A stretch of 64,000 nucleotides of DNA from positions 1,237 to 65,236 of the forward strand of contig JBDRRK010000012.1 of NCBI GenBank assembly GCA_043825775.1. Reading direction: 5' to 3'. A program made the translations under genes and the position numbers. This DNA comes from an archaeon. Its GTDB lineage: Archaea; Nanobdellota; Nanobdellia; SCGC-AAA011-G17; GW2011-AR17. Shown piece by piece: positions 30,257-39,542 of this stretch (its first letter is position 1; each line of letters begins with the position of its first letter). A model generated the notes under the pieces. That model had not been told where the DNA came from. It did not search any database and was given only the letters and a program-made list of their open reading frames with translations.

Positions 30257-31485
30257 TGAAAAGAGGCATTATATTTTTGGTTATATTACTATTTTGTTTG
30301 TCTTTAGTAAGTGCAACACAGACAGTAATAACAAAATCAGATGAATATAGAATTGATTTACTTCGTTATGATCCTTCACCAATGCAGCCAGCTGAGACTT
30401 CTGTTGTTTATTTTGAAATTACAAATTTGGGTGATGAAATGGTTGATGATTTAGAAATAAATTTAGTAGAAAGTTATCCTTTTTTATTGGGTGAAGGACA
30501 GAGTGATAAAGTTAATTTAAATTTAGCTGCTGGAGAGAAGGGTTCTTTTTCATTTCCTGTTTTTGTTAACAAAGATGCAGAAGATGGATTTTATAGTTTA
30601 AGTTTAAGTTTTTATTCAGAGAAAAAAGGTATGTATGTTAGTCAATTATTTACAATTTATGTTCAAAGAGTTAATAGAGTTGTTTCTGCAACAAGCGTTT
30701 CTGTAGAGAAATCTGATGTTGAAGAAATACCTGGAGTTTTAGAACCTGGAGAGATTGGACAAGTTTCTTTTTCAGTAAGAAATTCAGCTGATTATACAAT
30801 GAAAGATGTTTCTGTTAGACTTGTTTTAAATGATTCATCACCATTTGCACCAATTGGAAGCACTGCACAAAAAGAAATTAGTGAAATAGCTCCTGGTAAA
30901 TTAAAAGATGTTTCTTTTGATGTTATTGCTCTACCAGATGCTTTGTCTGGAGTTTACAAAGTAGATTTAGAAATTGTATATTATAATGAGTTGGGAACAA
31001 AGTATACAAGAACTGATATGATTGGTTTAGTAATTTCTGGCGATCCTAAATTTCATGTAGAAATTAAAGATAATTCAATTGCAAATGTTGGTGGGCAGGG
31101 TGAAGTTACTTTGAATATTGTTAATACTGGTTTAACAAAAGTTAAATTTTTAACTGTTGAATTAAATGAAGGAGATTATAATATTTTATCTGAAAATAAT
31201 GTTTATTTAGGAGATATAGATTCTGATGATGATCAGAGTGTTGATTTTATTTTAGATTTGACTTCTAGTGATAAAATTATAGAGTTACCCTTAACTCTTA
31301 CTTTTTTGGATGCTAACAATCAAGAGTATGTTGTTGAACAAAGTGCTGAATTGCAAATTTATGATTTAGAAAAAAGTAATGGTAAAATTACTTGGATTAT
31401 TTTGATTGTTTTAATACTTGTAGTAGGAATTATTGTTTATAGTAAGTATAGGAAAAGGTTCAAGGGTTTCTTTAAGAAAAAATGA
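30256..31485 (+). CDS. Surface-exposed protein with N-terminal signal peptide and C-terminal TM anchor (ABC-transporter-associated)
   Basis: Signal-like 'IIFLVILLFCLSLVSA'; C-terminal 'ITWIILIVLILVVGIIVYSKYRKR'; sits inside the MacB-like operon with overlapping stops and starts. Confidence 0.5.
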   Translation: MKRGIIFLVILLFCLSLVSATQTVITKSDEYRIDLLRYDPSPMQPAETSVVYFEITNLGDEMVDDLEINLVESYPFLLGEGQSDKVNLNLAAGEKGSFSFPVFVNKDAEDGFYSLSLSFYSEKKGMYVSQLFTIYVQRVNRVVSATSVSVEKSDVEEIPGVLEPGEIGQVSFSVRNSADYTMKDVSVRLVLNDSSPFAPIGSTAQKEISEIAPGKLKDVSFDVIALPDALSGVYKVDLEIVYYNELGTKYTRTDMIGLVISGDPKFHVEIKDNSIANVGGQGEVTLNIVNTGLTKVKFLTVELNEGDYNILSENNVYLGDIDSDDDQSVDFILDLTSSDKIIELPLTLTFLDANNQEYVVEQSAELQIYDLEKSNGKITWIILIVLILVVGIIVYSKYRKRFKGFFKKK

Positions 31486-32702
31486 TTAAAGACTATTTTG
31501 CATTTGCTTTCAGGAGCATTGTAACAAGGAAGTTAAGAAGTTGGTTAACTATAATTGGAATTTTTATTGGTATTGCTACGGTTGTTGCTTTGATTGCAGT
31601 TGGTCAAGGAATGGAAGCTGCTGTTACAGAACAGTTTGAAAAATTAGGAACTGATAAAATTGTTATTTCTGCTGGTGGAGATGCTGCTGGTTCTACTTTT
31701 GGAATGGGTTTGGCTGCTAAACCTATAACTTATGATGATATAGATGTTGTCAATGATGTAAGGGGTGTTGATGTTGCTGCTGGAATGGTTACAAGAATTG
31801 CAGCTGTAAAATTTGGTGATGAAACTAAAAATACATGGATTAATGGTTATCCTGTAGATGAAACTTCTGAGGTTATTGAAGATATACAGTCATATAAAGT
31901 TATTGAGGGAAGAGATTTAGAAGATGGTGATACTTATGAGATGGTTATTGGAAATGATTTTGCTTATGATTTTTTTGAGGATGAAGTTTCTGTTGGTGAT
32001 AAAATAGAGATTGAAGGTAAGAAATTTAGGGTTATTGGTATCTTGGATACGATTGGAAATAGACAGGATGATACAGCTGCTTCTATTCCAATTGATACAG
32101 CTGCTGAAATATTTGGTACAAGGGATGAAATTTATGGAATAATGGTTAAAGTTGATGCTGGTGAAGATCCTCCTGTTATTGCTGAGAGAATTAAAGAAGA
32201 TTTAAGAGATTTTAGAGACGAAGAAGAAGGGGAAGAAAGTTTTTCTGTTCAAACTTTTCAGCAGATTTTGGAACAGGTAGGAGTTGTGTTGAATATTATT
32301 ACTGCTGTGTTGTTAGGGATTGCTGGAATTTCATTGTTAGTTGGTGGAATAGGTATTATGAATACTATGTATACTTCTGTACTTGAGAGAACAAAAGAGA
32401 TTGGAATTATGAAAAGTATTGGTGCTAAGAATTCTGATGTTATGTTAATATTTGTTTTAGAATCTGGGATGTATGGTTTGGTTGGAGGGGGAGTTGGTAT
32501 TATCTTTGGTGCTGGTTTATCCTTGATTGTTGCACAGGTTGCTGGAGCTGCATTAGGCATTGATTATTTTAGGGCTCAGATTTCTATATGGTTGATTTTA
32601 GGTGCTTTAGCTTTTAGTTTTATTGTTGGAATTGCTTCTGGTGTATTCCCTGCTAGACAGGCTTCAAAGATGCAGCCAGTTGATGCATTGAGATATGAGT
32701 AA
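31482..32702 (+). CDS. ABC transporter permease, FtsX/MacB-like
   Basis: N-terminal TM, large extracytoplasmic domain, C-terminal 3 TM with an FtsX-type 'MYTSVLERTKEIGIMKSIGA' segment. Confidence 0.8.
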   Translation: MIKDYFAFAFRSIVTRKLRSWLTIIGIFIGIATVVALIAVGQGMEAAVTEQFEKLGTDKIVISAGGDAAGSTFGMGLAAKPITYDDIDVVNDVRGVDVAAGMVTRIAAVKFGDETKNTWINGYPVDETSEVIEDIQSYKVIEGRDLEDGDTYEMVIGNDFAYDFFEDEVSVGDKIEIEGKKFRVIGILDTIGNRQDDTAASIPIDTAAEIFGTRDEIYGIMVKVDAGEDPPVIAERIKEDLRDFRDEEEGEESFSVQTFQQILEQVGVVLNIITAVLLGIAGISLLVGGIGIMNTMYTSVLERTKEIGIMKSIGAKNSDVMLIFVLESGMYGLVGGGVGIIFGAGLSLIVAQVAGAALGIDYFRAQISIWLILGALAFSFIVGIASGVFPARQASKMQPVDALRYE

Positions 32703-32737
32703 AGCTTTTAAAGAAAAGTTTTGTATTCTTTAGATAT

Positions 32738-32868
32738 GCCGAGGTGGCGCAACCTGGTACCGCGCAGATTATATTTATAGTATAAGTGTAAGCCTGGAAA
32801 GAGAATCTTTTCAAGACCAGATAGCCTGTTTCCATCTGGATATCTGGGTTCGAATCCCAGCCTCGGCG
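32738..32868 (+). tRNA. Intron-containing tRNA (about 131 nt; identity undetermined), integration target
   Basis: Acceptor GCCGAGG/CCTCGGC + discriminator G; D-arm GCG-CAACCTGGTAC-CGC; anticodon stem CAGAT…ATCTG interrupted by about 57 nt; T-arm CTGGG-TTCGAAT-CCCAG. Confidence 0.6.
32856..32868 (+). repeat. attL: 13-bp direct repeat 'cccagcctcggcg' (3' end of the tRNA)
   Basis: Exact copy recurs at 45863-45875. Confidence 0.55.
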
Positions 32869-32987
32869 GATTTATTCTGTTTAGGTTCCCTGTATGAAAA
32901 TATGTATCGACTTCATACTTGTGTTTAGGTTCGCTGTAGGTATTACCTGCACTTAAATATGAGTTCTGACATAATAGGAGTATAACA

Positions 32988-34220
32988 ATGGCAGAAGATG
33001 ATATCTATAAAAGTAAGCAAAAATATGAAACTGTTGTTAATGGTTTTGATAGCTTAATAGAGAAACCAACTGGTAAAAGTAAATATTTTTGTAAGAATAA
33101 AAAGAATATAAAATATTTTAAGGGGTTGGTTAAATATTTTGATTTGAAAGATTTAAGTTATATTAGAAGACGTAAGGTTTTGTACATTATGAGATTAATT
33201 ACTTTTGTGATTAAAAAAGATTTGAAAGATTGTGAAAGAGAAGATGTTAATGAATTGGTTGCTTTTGGTCATGAAAGGTTTAAGACAATAACAAGTAAAA
33301 AAGATTTTATCAAGGATGTAAAAGTAATTTGGAGAGTTCTTTTTCCTGAAAAAGATAATAAGGGAAGAATAGATGAAACCTTAACTCCTTATGCAGTAAG
33401 GCATTTGTCTAATAAAATAGATAAAAGTAAAGAGAAATTAAGGAATGATAGGATTTCTTTAGAAGAGTTTGAAGCGATTGTTAAATTCTATGATAATGAT
33501 CCTAAAATGCAGGCTTATTTGACTCTTGCTTTTGAAAGTTTGGGTAGACCTCAGGAAATTCTTTATACTAAAATAAAAGATTATGAATTTTATGATAACT
33601 ATGCGAGGATTTGGATATCTGAACATGGGAAAGAAGGATGTGGTTTTTTACAATGTATTGATAGTCTGCCTTATGTTTTGAATTGGTATAGGAATCATCC
33701 TTTGAAAGGTGATAAAGATGCATTCTTTTTTATTAGTGAGAACAATAGGGCTAAGTATGGGCAGTTGAAAAACCATAATATCAATCAAAGATTAAAACAT
33801 GCTTGTAAGGTTTTAGGTATTGATAAGAATATAACTTGTTATTCTTTGAAAAGAAATGGTATTACTCATAGAAGAATAAGAGGAGATTCTGATACAGAGA
33901 TACAGCATGCTGCCAGATGGACTTCTACAAGGCAGTTGAAGATATATGATATGAGTACTCAAGAAGATGCCTTGAAAATTGCTTTGAAGAAAAGAGGGTT
34001 TGTAGAGAAAGAGTCTAATGTAAATACTGAAAGTAAAAAGTGTGTGTTTTGTGGTCAAGATAATGGGTTTTCAGAAGAGTTTTGCTCTGTTTGTAAAAGA
34101 CCTTTAGATAGGGATAAGTTAAGGGAACAGGCACAGATGCACGAAAGGTTGATGCAGAACAATATTGTCCAGAAATTAGATAAAATGGAGCAGATGTTTG
34201 GGAAGATGAAAAAGATGTAA
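32988..34220 (+). CDS. Tyrosine-type site-specific integrase (with C-terminal zinc ribbon)
   Basis: Box I-like 'ESLGRPQEI'; C-terminal catalytic region '…ITHRR…QHAARWTSTRQLKIYD' with H/W/Y spacing typical of Xer/integrase family; 'CVFCGQ…CSVCKRP' zinc ribbon. Confidence 0.7.
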   Translation: MAEDDIYKSKQKYETVVNGFDSLIEKPTGKSKYFCKNKKNIKYFKGLVKYFDLKDLSYIRRRKVLYIMRLITFVIKKDLKDCEREDVNELVAFGHERFKTITSKKDFIKDVKVIWRVLFPEKDNKGRIDETLTPYAVRHLSNKIDKSKEKLRNDRISLEEFEAIVKFYDNDPKMQAYLTLAFESLGRPQEILYTKIKDYEFYDNYARIWISEHGKEGCGFLQCIDSLPYVLNWYRNHPLKGDKDAFFFISENNRAKYGQLKNHNINQRLKHACKVLGIDKNITCYSLKRNGITHRRIRGDSDTEIQHAARWTSTRQLKIYDMSTQEDALKIALKKRGFVEKESNVNTESKKCVFCGQDNGFSEEFCSVCKRPLDRDKLREQAQMHERLMQNNIVQKLDKMEQMFGKMKKM

Positions 34221-34280
34221 TTCTAAAGTAGTAACATAACCAAAAGGCTTATAAAGGAGTGTAAAATCCCACTTTACAAG

Positions 34281-34424
34281 ATGAAACAGAAATTAAGCAT
34301 AACTATCGAGGAAGAAACTATAAAAAAATTAGAACAATTCATCCAAACTGGTAAATTTAGAAATAAATCACACTTAATAGAATATAGTCTTAATGAATTT
34401 TTGAGAGGAGAAAAAAATGAGTGA
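34281..34424 (+). CDS. Ribbon-helix-helix (CopG/Arc-like) small DNA-binding protein
   Basis: 47 aa 'MKQKLSITIEEETIKKLEQFIQTGKFRNKSHLIEYSLNEFL' fits the RHH pattern (beta-strand 'ITIEEE' then two helices). Not in the ORF track because it is under 60 aa; overlaps the next start. Confidence 0.5.
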   Translation: MKQKLSITIEEETIKKLEQFIQTGKFRNKSHLIEYSLNEFLRGEKNE

Positions 34425-35784
34425 ATTAACCTATGATGAATTAGTATTTCCAAATTATGTAAATAGTAATACTGCAGTTCGATTGAGAGCTAATATTGAT
34501 GGAAGATTACAAACATTAGAGTTAAGTGTTTGTGATATGGCTTATGCAATTGAACTTGCTGGTTTGAATAGTTTATGGTTATCTGATACTGGAAGAGGTA
34601 AAACTCAGTTAATGTCTGATATTGCTTGGCATCATTTTGGTGGTGACCAAGAAGAAGGTGATGCTAACTGGGCTGATGGAAGACCAAGTTTTGATATTAC
34701 TGATTTGTTTGAAAGAACTCAAGTTGATTTAGAATCAGGAAAGTTTGATAGTGATACTGCTCGTCAAGTTAAGGCAAACAGAATTAGAAGAATGTTTTTT
34801 GGAGTTGATGAAATTAATCGTGCTCCTAATCCAAGACAGAACGAATTTTTTGATTTAGCTGATGGTAAATATACTTTTAATGGGAGGAGACTGGATTTAG
34901 GTAAAGAAGGTTATGCTATTTTTATGGCTACTGCCAACTTAAACAAAATGAATGGTGATTTCTCTGGAACTTTTGAATTAGATAGAGCTCTTTTGAACAG
35001 AGCCCATGTAACTATAGATTTAGATCATCCTGATTTCAGACCTACTGTTGAGGATGAAATGCTTATTGAAGAGGGGAAAGCTAATCCAAAAGTAGATATT
35101 GCTCCTGCTCAAAATTTAAGTGGTAAAATCTTAACAGCAAATAAAGAAATAATGGCTACAGCTAGACAACTGAATCCTTATTTTACTGCTTTTAGATTTT
35201 TGATAGGAAGAGGATTAGATTATTGTGCTACAGATAAATATGATGAAAAAGGATCAAATTTTCCAATGCTCTGTGCTGAATGTGATGACACAGGTAAAGA
35301 TCTTTGTTCTAGGGTTAAAGGTTCTTCAGAAAGAACCTTACCTGCAGTAAAGAGTTTAGCTTATGCTTTGTCATATATTGCAAAATTGAAAACTGGAAAA
35401 GAAGTTGAAATTGATCCATTAGATGCTACTTTGCAGGCATTTAGATTTACTACATATCATGGTAATTTAAATGAGCTTATGGCTGAAGACCAATATGCAA
35501 TGAGAAAACAGATTATGATGGATGAAACAGTTGAAAAGTTATCTGGTGTTGTTGATGTTTTACGTCCTTATTTGCCAATTATGATAGATGGTGGGGAACC
35601 AGTTATTGTTAGTTACCAATTTAAAGGTGAACAATTTGATGGTCCAAAAACAGATAAAACAATTAGTACATTAAGAAAAGCAGGGATTTCATATCAGGAA
35701 AAGGGACTCAAAGCTGAATTAAAAGAACAAGGTCTTGGTACTGACTGGATTGACCCTTATGTTAAATCTATGAGGAAAAAATGA
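34417..35784 (+). CDS. MoxR-family AAA+ ATPase
   Basis: Walker A-like 'SDTGRGKTQL'; Walker B 'FFGVDEINRAPNPRQNEFFDLADG'; sensor-1 region 'FMATANLNKMNGDFSGTFELDRALLNRA'; these match MoxR 'DEINRAxPKTQSALLE…ATQNP…GTYPLPEAQLDRF'. Confidence 0.75.
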   Translation: MSELTYDELVFPNYVNSNTAVRLRANIDGRLQTLELSVCDMAYAIELAGLNSLWLSDTGRGKTQLMSDIAWHHFGGDQEEGDANWADGRPSFDITDLFERTQVDLESGKFDSDTARQVKANRIRRMFFGVDEINRAPNPRQNEFFDLADGKYTFNGRRLDLGKEGYAIFMATANLNKMNGDFSGTFELDRALLNRAHVTIDLDHPDFRPTVEDEMLIEEGKANPKVDIAPAQNLSGKILTANKEIMATARQLNPYFTAFRFLIGRGLDYCATDKYDEKGSNFPMLCAECDDTGKDLCSRVKGSSERTLPAVKSLAYALSYIAKLKTGKEVEIDPLDATLQAFRFTTYHGNLNELMAEDQYAMRKQIMMDETVEKLSGVVDVLRPYLPIMIDGGEPVIVSYQFKGEQFDGPKTDKTISTLRKAGISYQEKGLKAELKEQGLGTDWIDPYVKSMRKK

Positions 35785-36551
35785 CTAACACACTAAAACC
35801 ACTGAACTTAGGAAGAAGAATACTAACAGAAGAGGAAGTTTTAGAGCAGTTAGCGGGTTATCAACCAACTAATCCTAGACAAGAACTTGAACCAACTCCT
35901 CAACCACAACCAACACCGGAGCCAGAACAAGAAGCAGATATAATTCCTCAAGACTATATACTATTAGAAGGAACAAATAACTATCAAGATACATTTATTT
36001 CAACTACAAGAACACACCAAGGAAATAATTGGAATAAAACCCAAGAGCTTTTACATGCACGAGATCTCTATATGCCTACTATTAAGCAATTTGTTGATTT
36101 TCTTAAATTACTGAGAAGTGGAACAGCTTTTAATGGAAATGGAGATAACATTCCATCTTCACAACTGGATGCAATATACAAGGACATAACTGAAGTGAAA
36201 GACCCATGGAGAGCAGAATGGTTGGATGCTAAATTTGAAGGTAACCTTATTCATTATCATCATAGAACCAGGCAGGGAAGTTTACAATCTGTAGTTTCAG
36301 AAGGACTAGTTCCATATTTAAGACAGGACAAGACCCCCGGTATTGATTTAGAATACTGGATAAACAATTCCACTTCACAAGGTTTACCTTTGGATAATAC
36401 TCTAAATGGGAATTTATATTATTGGCATCCAAGAGATGGTGCTGTCGCGAGGTTCAGTGCGAATTCGGATAGGGCTTACCTTATTTGTAGCAGGTACCCT
36501 TGGAGCTCGAATTCCTCTCTCGGGGTACGTCCTTGCGCGCGAAAAAATTAA
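35781..36551 (+). CDS. DGR target protein 1 (C-terminal variable C-type-lectin/FGE-like fold ending '…SLGVRPCARKN')
   Basis: The 3' end contains VR1, which is homologous to the TR with adenine-specific mismatches; paralog of 38375-39166; start overlaps the MoxR stop. Confidence 0.8.
   Translation: MTNTLKPLNLGRRILTEEEVLEQLAGYQPTNPRQELEPTPQPQPTPEPEQEADIIPQDYILLEGTNNYQDTFISTTRTHQGNNWNKTQELLHARDLYMPTIKQFVDFLKLLRSGTAFNGNGDNIPSSQLDAIYKDITEVKDPWRAEWLDAKFEGNLIHYHHRTRQGSLQSVVSEGLVPYLRQDKTPGIDLEYWINNSTSQGLPLDNTLNGNLYYWHPRDGAVARFSANSDRAYLICSRYPWSSNSSLGVRPCARKN
36442..36522 (+). repeat. DGR variable repeat VR1
   Basis: 81 nt aligned to the TR (39419-39519); 8 mismatches, all at TR adenines. Confidence 0.8.
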
Positions 36552-36569
36552 CGATCAATACAAGAAAAA

Positions 36570-38378
36570 ATGGATACAAACCAAGTAACAGAAGAAATCA
36601 AGGCAAGAGAAACTGCAAGATTTAACTATAAAGGAAAGGTTTTAGTTAGAGAGTTATCTAGAGAACCTTGTTTTTCTGGCAGTATTGATATGCTTACTAC
36701 TGCAAAAATAGAGGTTGGTTATAATCCAGATTATCCAGAAGAAGCTCAACATTTAGAAGGAATTGTTACTGAACCTTTTGAAAGAGCAATGACTTCAGTT
36801 TTAAGACATGAGCTTAATCATAAAGGTGGAGGAGAATTTCAAGGATGCCCTAGAAATATTGATTTACATGCTGAAAATGTTCTTGAACCTGCAGCAGAAG
36901 TATTACAAAGTTTAGGTTTACCAAATGTCCCTGTTACTGAAAATCAAACTCTTTATGCTTACATGGCTAACTTAATAGAAGATGTTTTTGACAATGCAGA
37001 ATTAGGCAATAATTCTGACCATGTTGGTATGTTTCTAGCTTACAAAGATGATGCTCAACATCTACCTGATGATATGGAAGGGAAACTCTCACCTCTATTT
37101 GATGCTTTTGTTCAATTGCAACAAAAATTATATGGTGGGAGAGCAAGCAGAAAATTATTAGCTGAACATTATTCTGATGATAATAGAGTTCAAACTGCAA
37201 TTGATAATTTTATGCAAAGGTCTGGTTTGACTGATATGACGAGAGAAGTCACAACTAGAAGAAGAAAAGAGAGAGTTGAAATATTTGATAGAAAAGAAGC
37301 AGTTCAATATTTGATGGATGAAAACAATTGGCCAGAATTGTCAAAAATCTTAACAGAAGAATTTGCTGAATTGATTGATAAAAATAAATTACAACAACCA
37401 GATTATGTTAAAGGAACTTTCATACCTCTAAAAGGTGAGGCTGATGGATTTTCTGATGAAATGGATGATAAAGAGACTAAAATGAGATTAGTTTGGAAAA
37501 AATATGTTGAAGGAAAGGGAAAAGAATCAAGTCCTGCTTTCCAACCTCCTGCTTATTTAGAAAGTTTTGAAGCTTTGGATTTAGTCTATCAAAGATTAGC
37601 AAGAAATTTAGAAATCAAAACAAAAGCTTCCACAAGAACTGCAAGTATGCCTGTAATGCACTATGGAAAGAGAAAGTTTGACCCAAGAAGAGATAAATTA
37701 TCAAAAGCCAGAATTGGTTTTGGCAGAAAAGGAAAATTAGAGTTAAGTGTAGGAAGATTTCATGAGGATTATCCAGTTGAATATACTGAAAGAATGAGAA
37801 GTCTGCCAGAAATAAAGTTTGTTATGATGGATACCTCTGGAAGTATGTCTCATCCTGTAGAAGGAAGTGATACTGGTAAAGTCATGAATCCTTGGGCAGA
37901 TGAAAGAAGACAATGGGGAGATAATAGCAGATATCATCATGCGTTAGTTGCTTGGTATGGTTTGTTAGGATTATTAAGAAAACAAGGAACATTAAAACAT
38001 AAATCAGTCAAATTAGCTAATTATTCAAGTTCTACTCAAACAGCTTCTGATTTAAGAGATGCTAAAAAATTGGCTTTAACACCTCAGTTCGGAGGTACAG
38101 AGTTAGATTTAGACACTATTGATGATATGTTTGGAAGAGACCAGTTGATATTCTCTTTATCAGATGGAGATGTTGATAACTGGAATCGAATTAAAGATGA
38201 ATATATCCAAAGAGCCAAACAAAATCATTATTTTCATTTGCAAATTGGTGGAGAAACAGCAATGTCACGAGATTTAGAATCTGCAGGTTTGGTAGTTAAA
38301 TATGATGATGGTAAGAATTTAGGTAAAATGGTTATTGATTTAACAAGACCATATATTACTAGGATGGAGAAAAAATGA
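36570..38378 (+). CDS. VWA-domain protein with MIDAS motif (MoxR partner)
   Basis: C-terminal half: 'KFVMMDTSGSMS' (DxSxS MIDAS) and downstream 'IFSLSDGDVDNW'; follows the MoxR gene pattern. Confidence 0.75.
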   Translation: MDTNQVTEEIKARETARFNYKGKVLVRELSREPCFSGSIDMLTTAKIEVGYNPDYPEEAQHLEGIVTEPFERAMTSVLRHELNHKGGGEFQGCPRNIDLHAENVLEPAAEVLQSLGLPNVPVTENQTLYAYMANLIEDVFDNAELGNNSDHVGMFLAYKDDAQHLPDDMEGKLSPLFDAFVQLQQKLYGGRASRKLLAEHYSDDNRVQTAIDNFMQRSGLTDMTREVTTRRRKERVEIFDRKEAVQYLMDENNWPELSKILTEEFAELIDKNKLQQPDYVKGTFIPLKGEADGFSDEMDDKETKMRLVWKKYVEGKGKESSPAFQPPAYLESFEALDLVYQRLARNLEIKTKASTRTASMPVMHYGKRKFDPRRDKLSKARIGFGRKGKLELSVGRFHEDYPVEYTERMRSLPEIKFVMMDTSGSMSHPVEGSDTGKVMNPWADERRQWGDNSRYHHALVAWYGLLGLLRKQGTLKHKSVKLANYSSSTQTASDLRDAKKLALTPQFGGTELDLDTIDDMFGRDQLIFSLSDGDVDNWNRIKDEYIQRAKQNHYFHLQIGGETAMSRDLESAGLVVKYDDGKNLGKMVIDLTRPYITRMEKK

Positions 38379-39166
38379 CTAACACACTAAAACCCCTGAA
38401 CTTAGGAAGAAGAATACTAACAGAAGAGGAAGTTTTAGAGCAGTTAGCAGGTTATCAACCAACTAATCCTAGACAAGAACCTGAACCAACACCTCAACCA
38501 CAACCAACACGGGAACCAGAACAAGAAGCAGATATAATTCCTCAAGATTATATTCTATTAGAATCTACTGGTAATTATCCAGATACTCACATTTCAACTA
38601 CAAGGATACACCAAGGAAATAATTGGTTTCAAGCACATGAAGAGCTACACAAAGAAGGATTGTATATGCCTACATTAAGACAGTTTGTAGATTTCTTAAA
38701 GTTATTAAAAGGAGGAAAGGCATTTAATGGCCAAGGAAATAAAATTCCAAAAAACCAATTGGAACAAATACTGAAAGAAATAATTGAAGTAAGAGCTCCT
38801 GGTAGAGCAGAGTGGCTTGATGCTGATTTTAAGGTAAAGAGTGATATTTTACATATAAATTACAATCATAGAACTGTTGGTGGACAATTACAACCAAATC
38901 AGTCAGAAGTTTTACAACCTTATTTGGATCAAAATAAAACTCCGGGAATTGGTTTAGAGTATTGGTTAAACAATGCAACATCAAGACATGGTCTGCCACC
39001 AGCAAATACTTCAGATGGAAGTTTATATTACTGGGCTCCAATGTCTGACAATAATTCTGTCGCGAGGTTCGATGCGTATTCGGGTAGGGCTAGCCTTAGT
39101 TGTGACGGGAACCCTAGGGACTCGAATTCCTCTCTCGGGGTACGTCCTTGCGCGCGAAAAAATTAA
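38375..39166 (+). CDS. DGR target protein 2 (paralog of target 1)
   Basis: Same N-terminal 60 aa and same C-terminal '…SNSSLGVRPCARKN' as target 1; contains VR2; start overlaps the VWA stop. Confidence 0.8.
   Translation: MTNTLKPLNLGRRILTEEEVLEQLAGYQPTNPRQEPEPTPQPQPTREPEQEADIIPQDYILLESTGNYPDTHISTTRIHQGNNWFQAHEELHKEGLYMPTLRQFVDFLKLLKGGKAFNGQGNKIPKNQLEQILKEIIEVRAPGRAEWLDADFKVKSDILHINYNHRTVGGQLQPNQSEVLQPYLDQNKTPGIGLEYWLNNATSRHGLPPANTSDGSLYYWAPMSDNNSVARFDAYSGRASLSCDGNPRDSNSSLGVRPCARKN
39057..39138 (+). repeat. DGR variable repeat VR2
   Basis: Aligned to the TR; 9 mismatches, all at TR adenines. Confidence 0.8.
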
Positions 39167-39418
39167 CTATCAATACAAGACATAAAAATATAAAAACTAT
39201 GATTTTCTTAATTCCTTGTCTTAGAGACATTATCTTGAGTATTTCCACATCCTAAGGAAATGCAATGAAGGATAATCGCAAGGGCTACATGTAGATTCAT
39301 TAGTGCATTTTCAAAATGTCATAAAATTCAATAATGATAGATAGTAATAATGACAAACCTTGGGAAAGTTTAGAGTGAAACCTAAAATTATGGTGCTTTT
39401 ACAATGAGTTTGCTAAAT

Positions 39419-39519
39419 CTGTCGCGAGGTTCAATGCGAATTCGGATAGGGCTAACCTTAATTGTAACAGGAACCCTAGGAACTCGAAATCTTTTTTAAG
39501 ACGAGATTTCCTCTCTCGG
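39419..39519 (+). repeat. DGR template repeat (TR) with embedded hairpin (39486-39510), immediately upstream of the RT
   Basis: A-rich copy 'ctgtcgcgaggttcaatgcgaattcggatagggctaaccttaattgtaacaggaaccctaggaactcgaaat…cctctctcgg'. It translates to N-A-N-S-D-R-A-N-L-N-C-N-R-N-P-R-N-S (AAC/AAT codons). It lies in non-coding DNA 24 nt upstream of the RT start. Confidence 0.8.
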
Positions 39520-39542
39520 AATAACCTTTGTTATCTAAGACA

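Noticed and set aside
36406-39185. Antisense ORFs 36406-36588 and 38973-39185 and minus-strand ORFs 36247-36432, 38829-39041
   Set aside because: They overlap the DGR VR regions and target genes. The open frames arise from the GC-rich repeat composition, and the target-gene frames carry the conserved CLec-like C-termini
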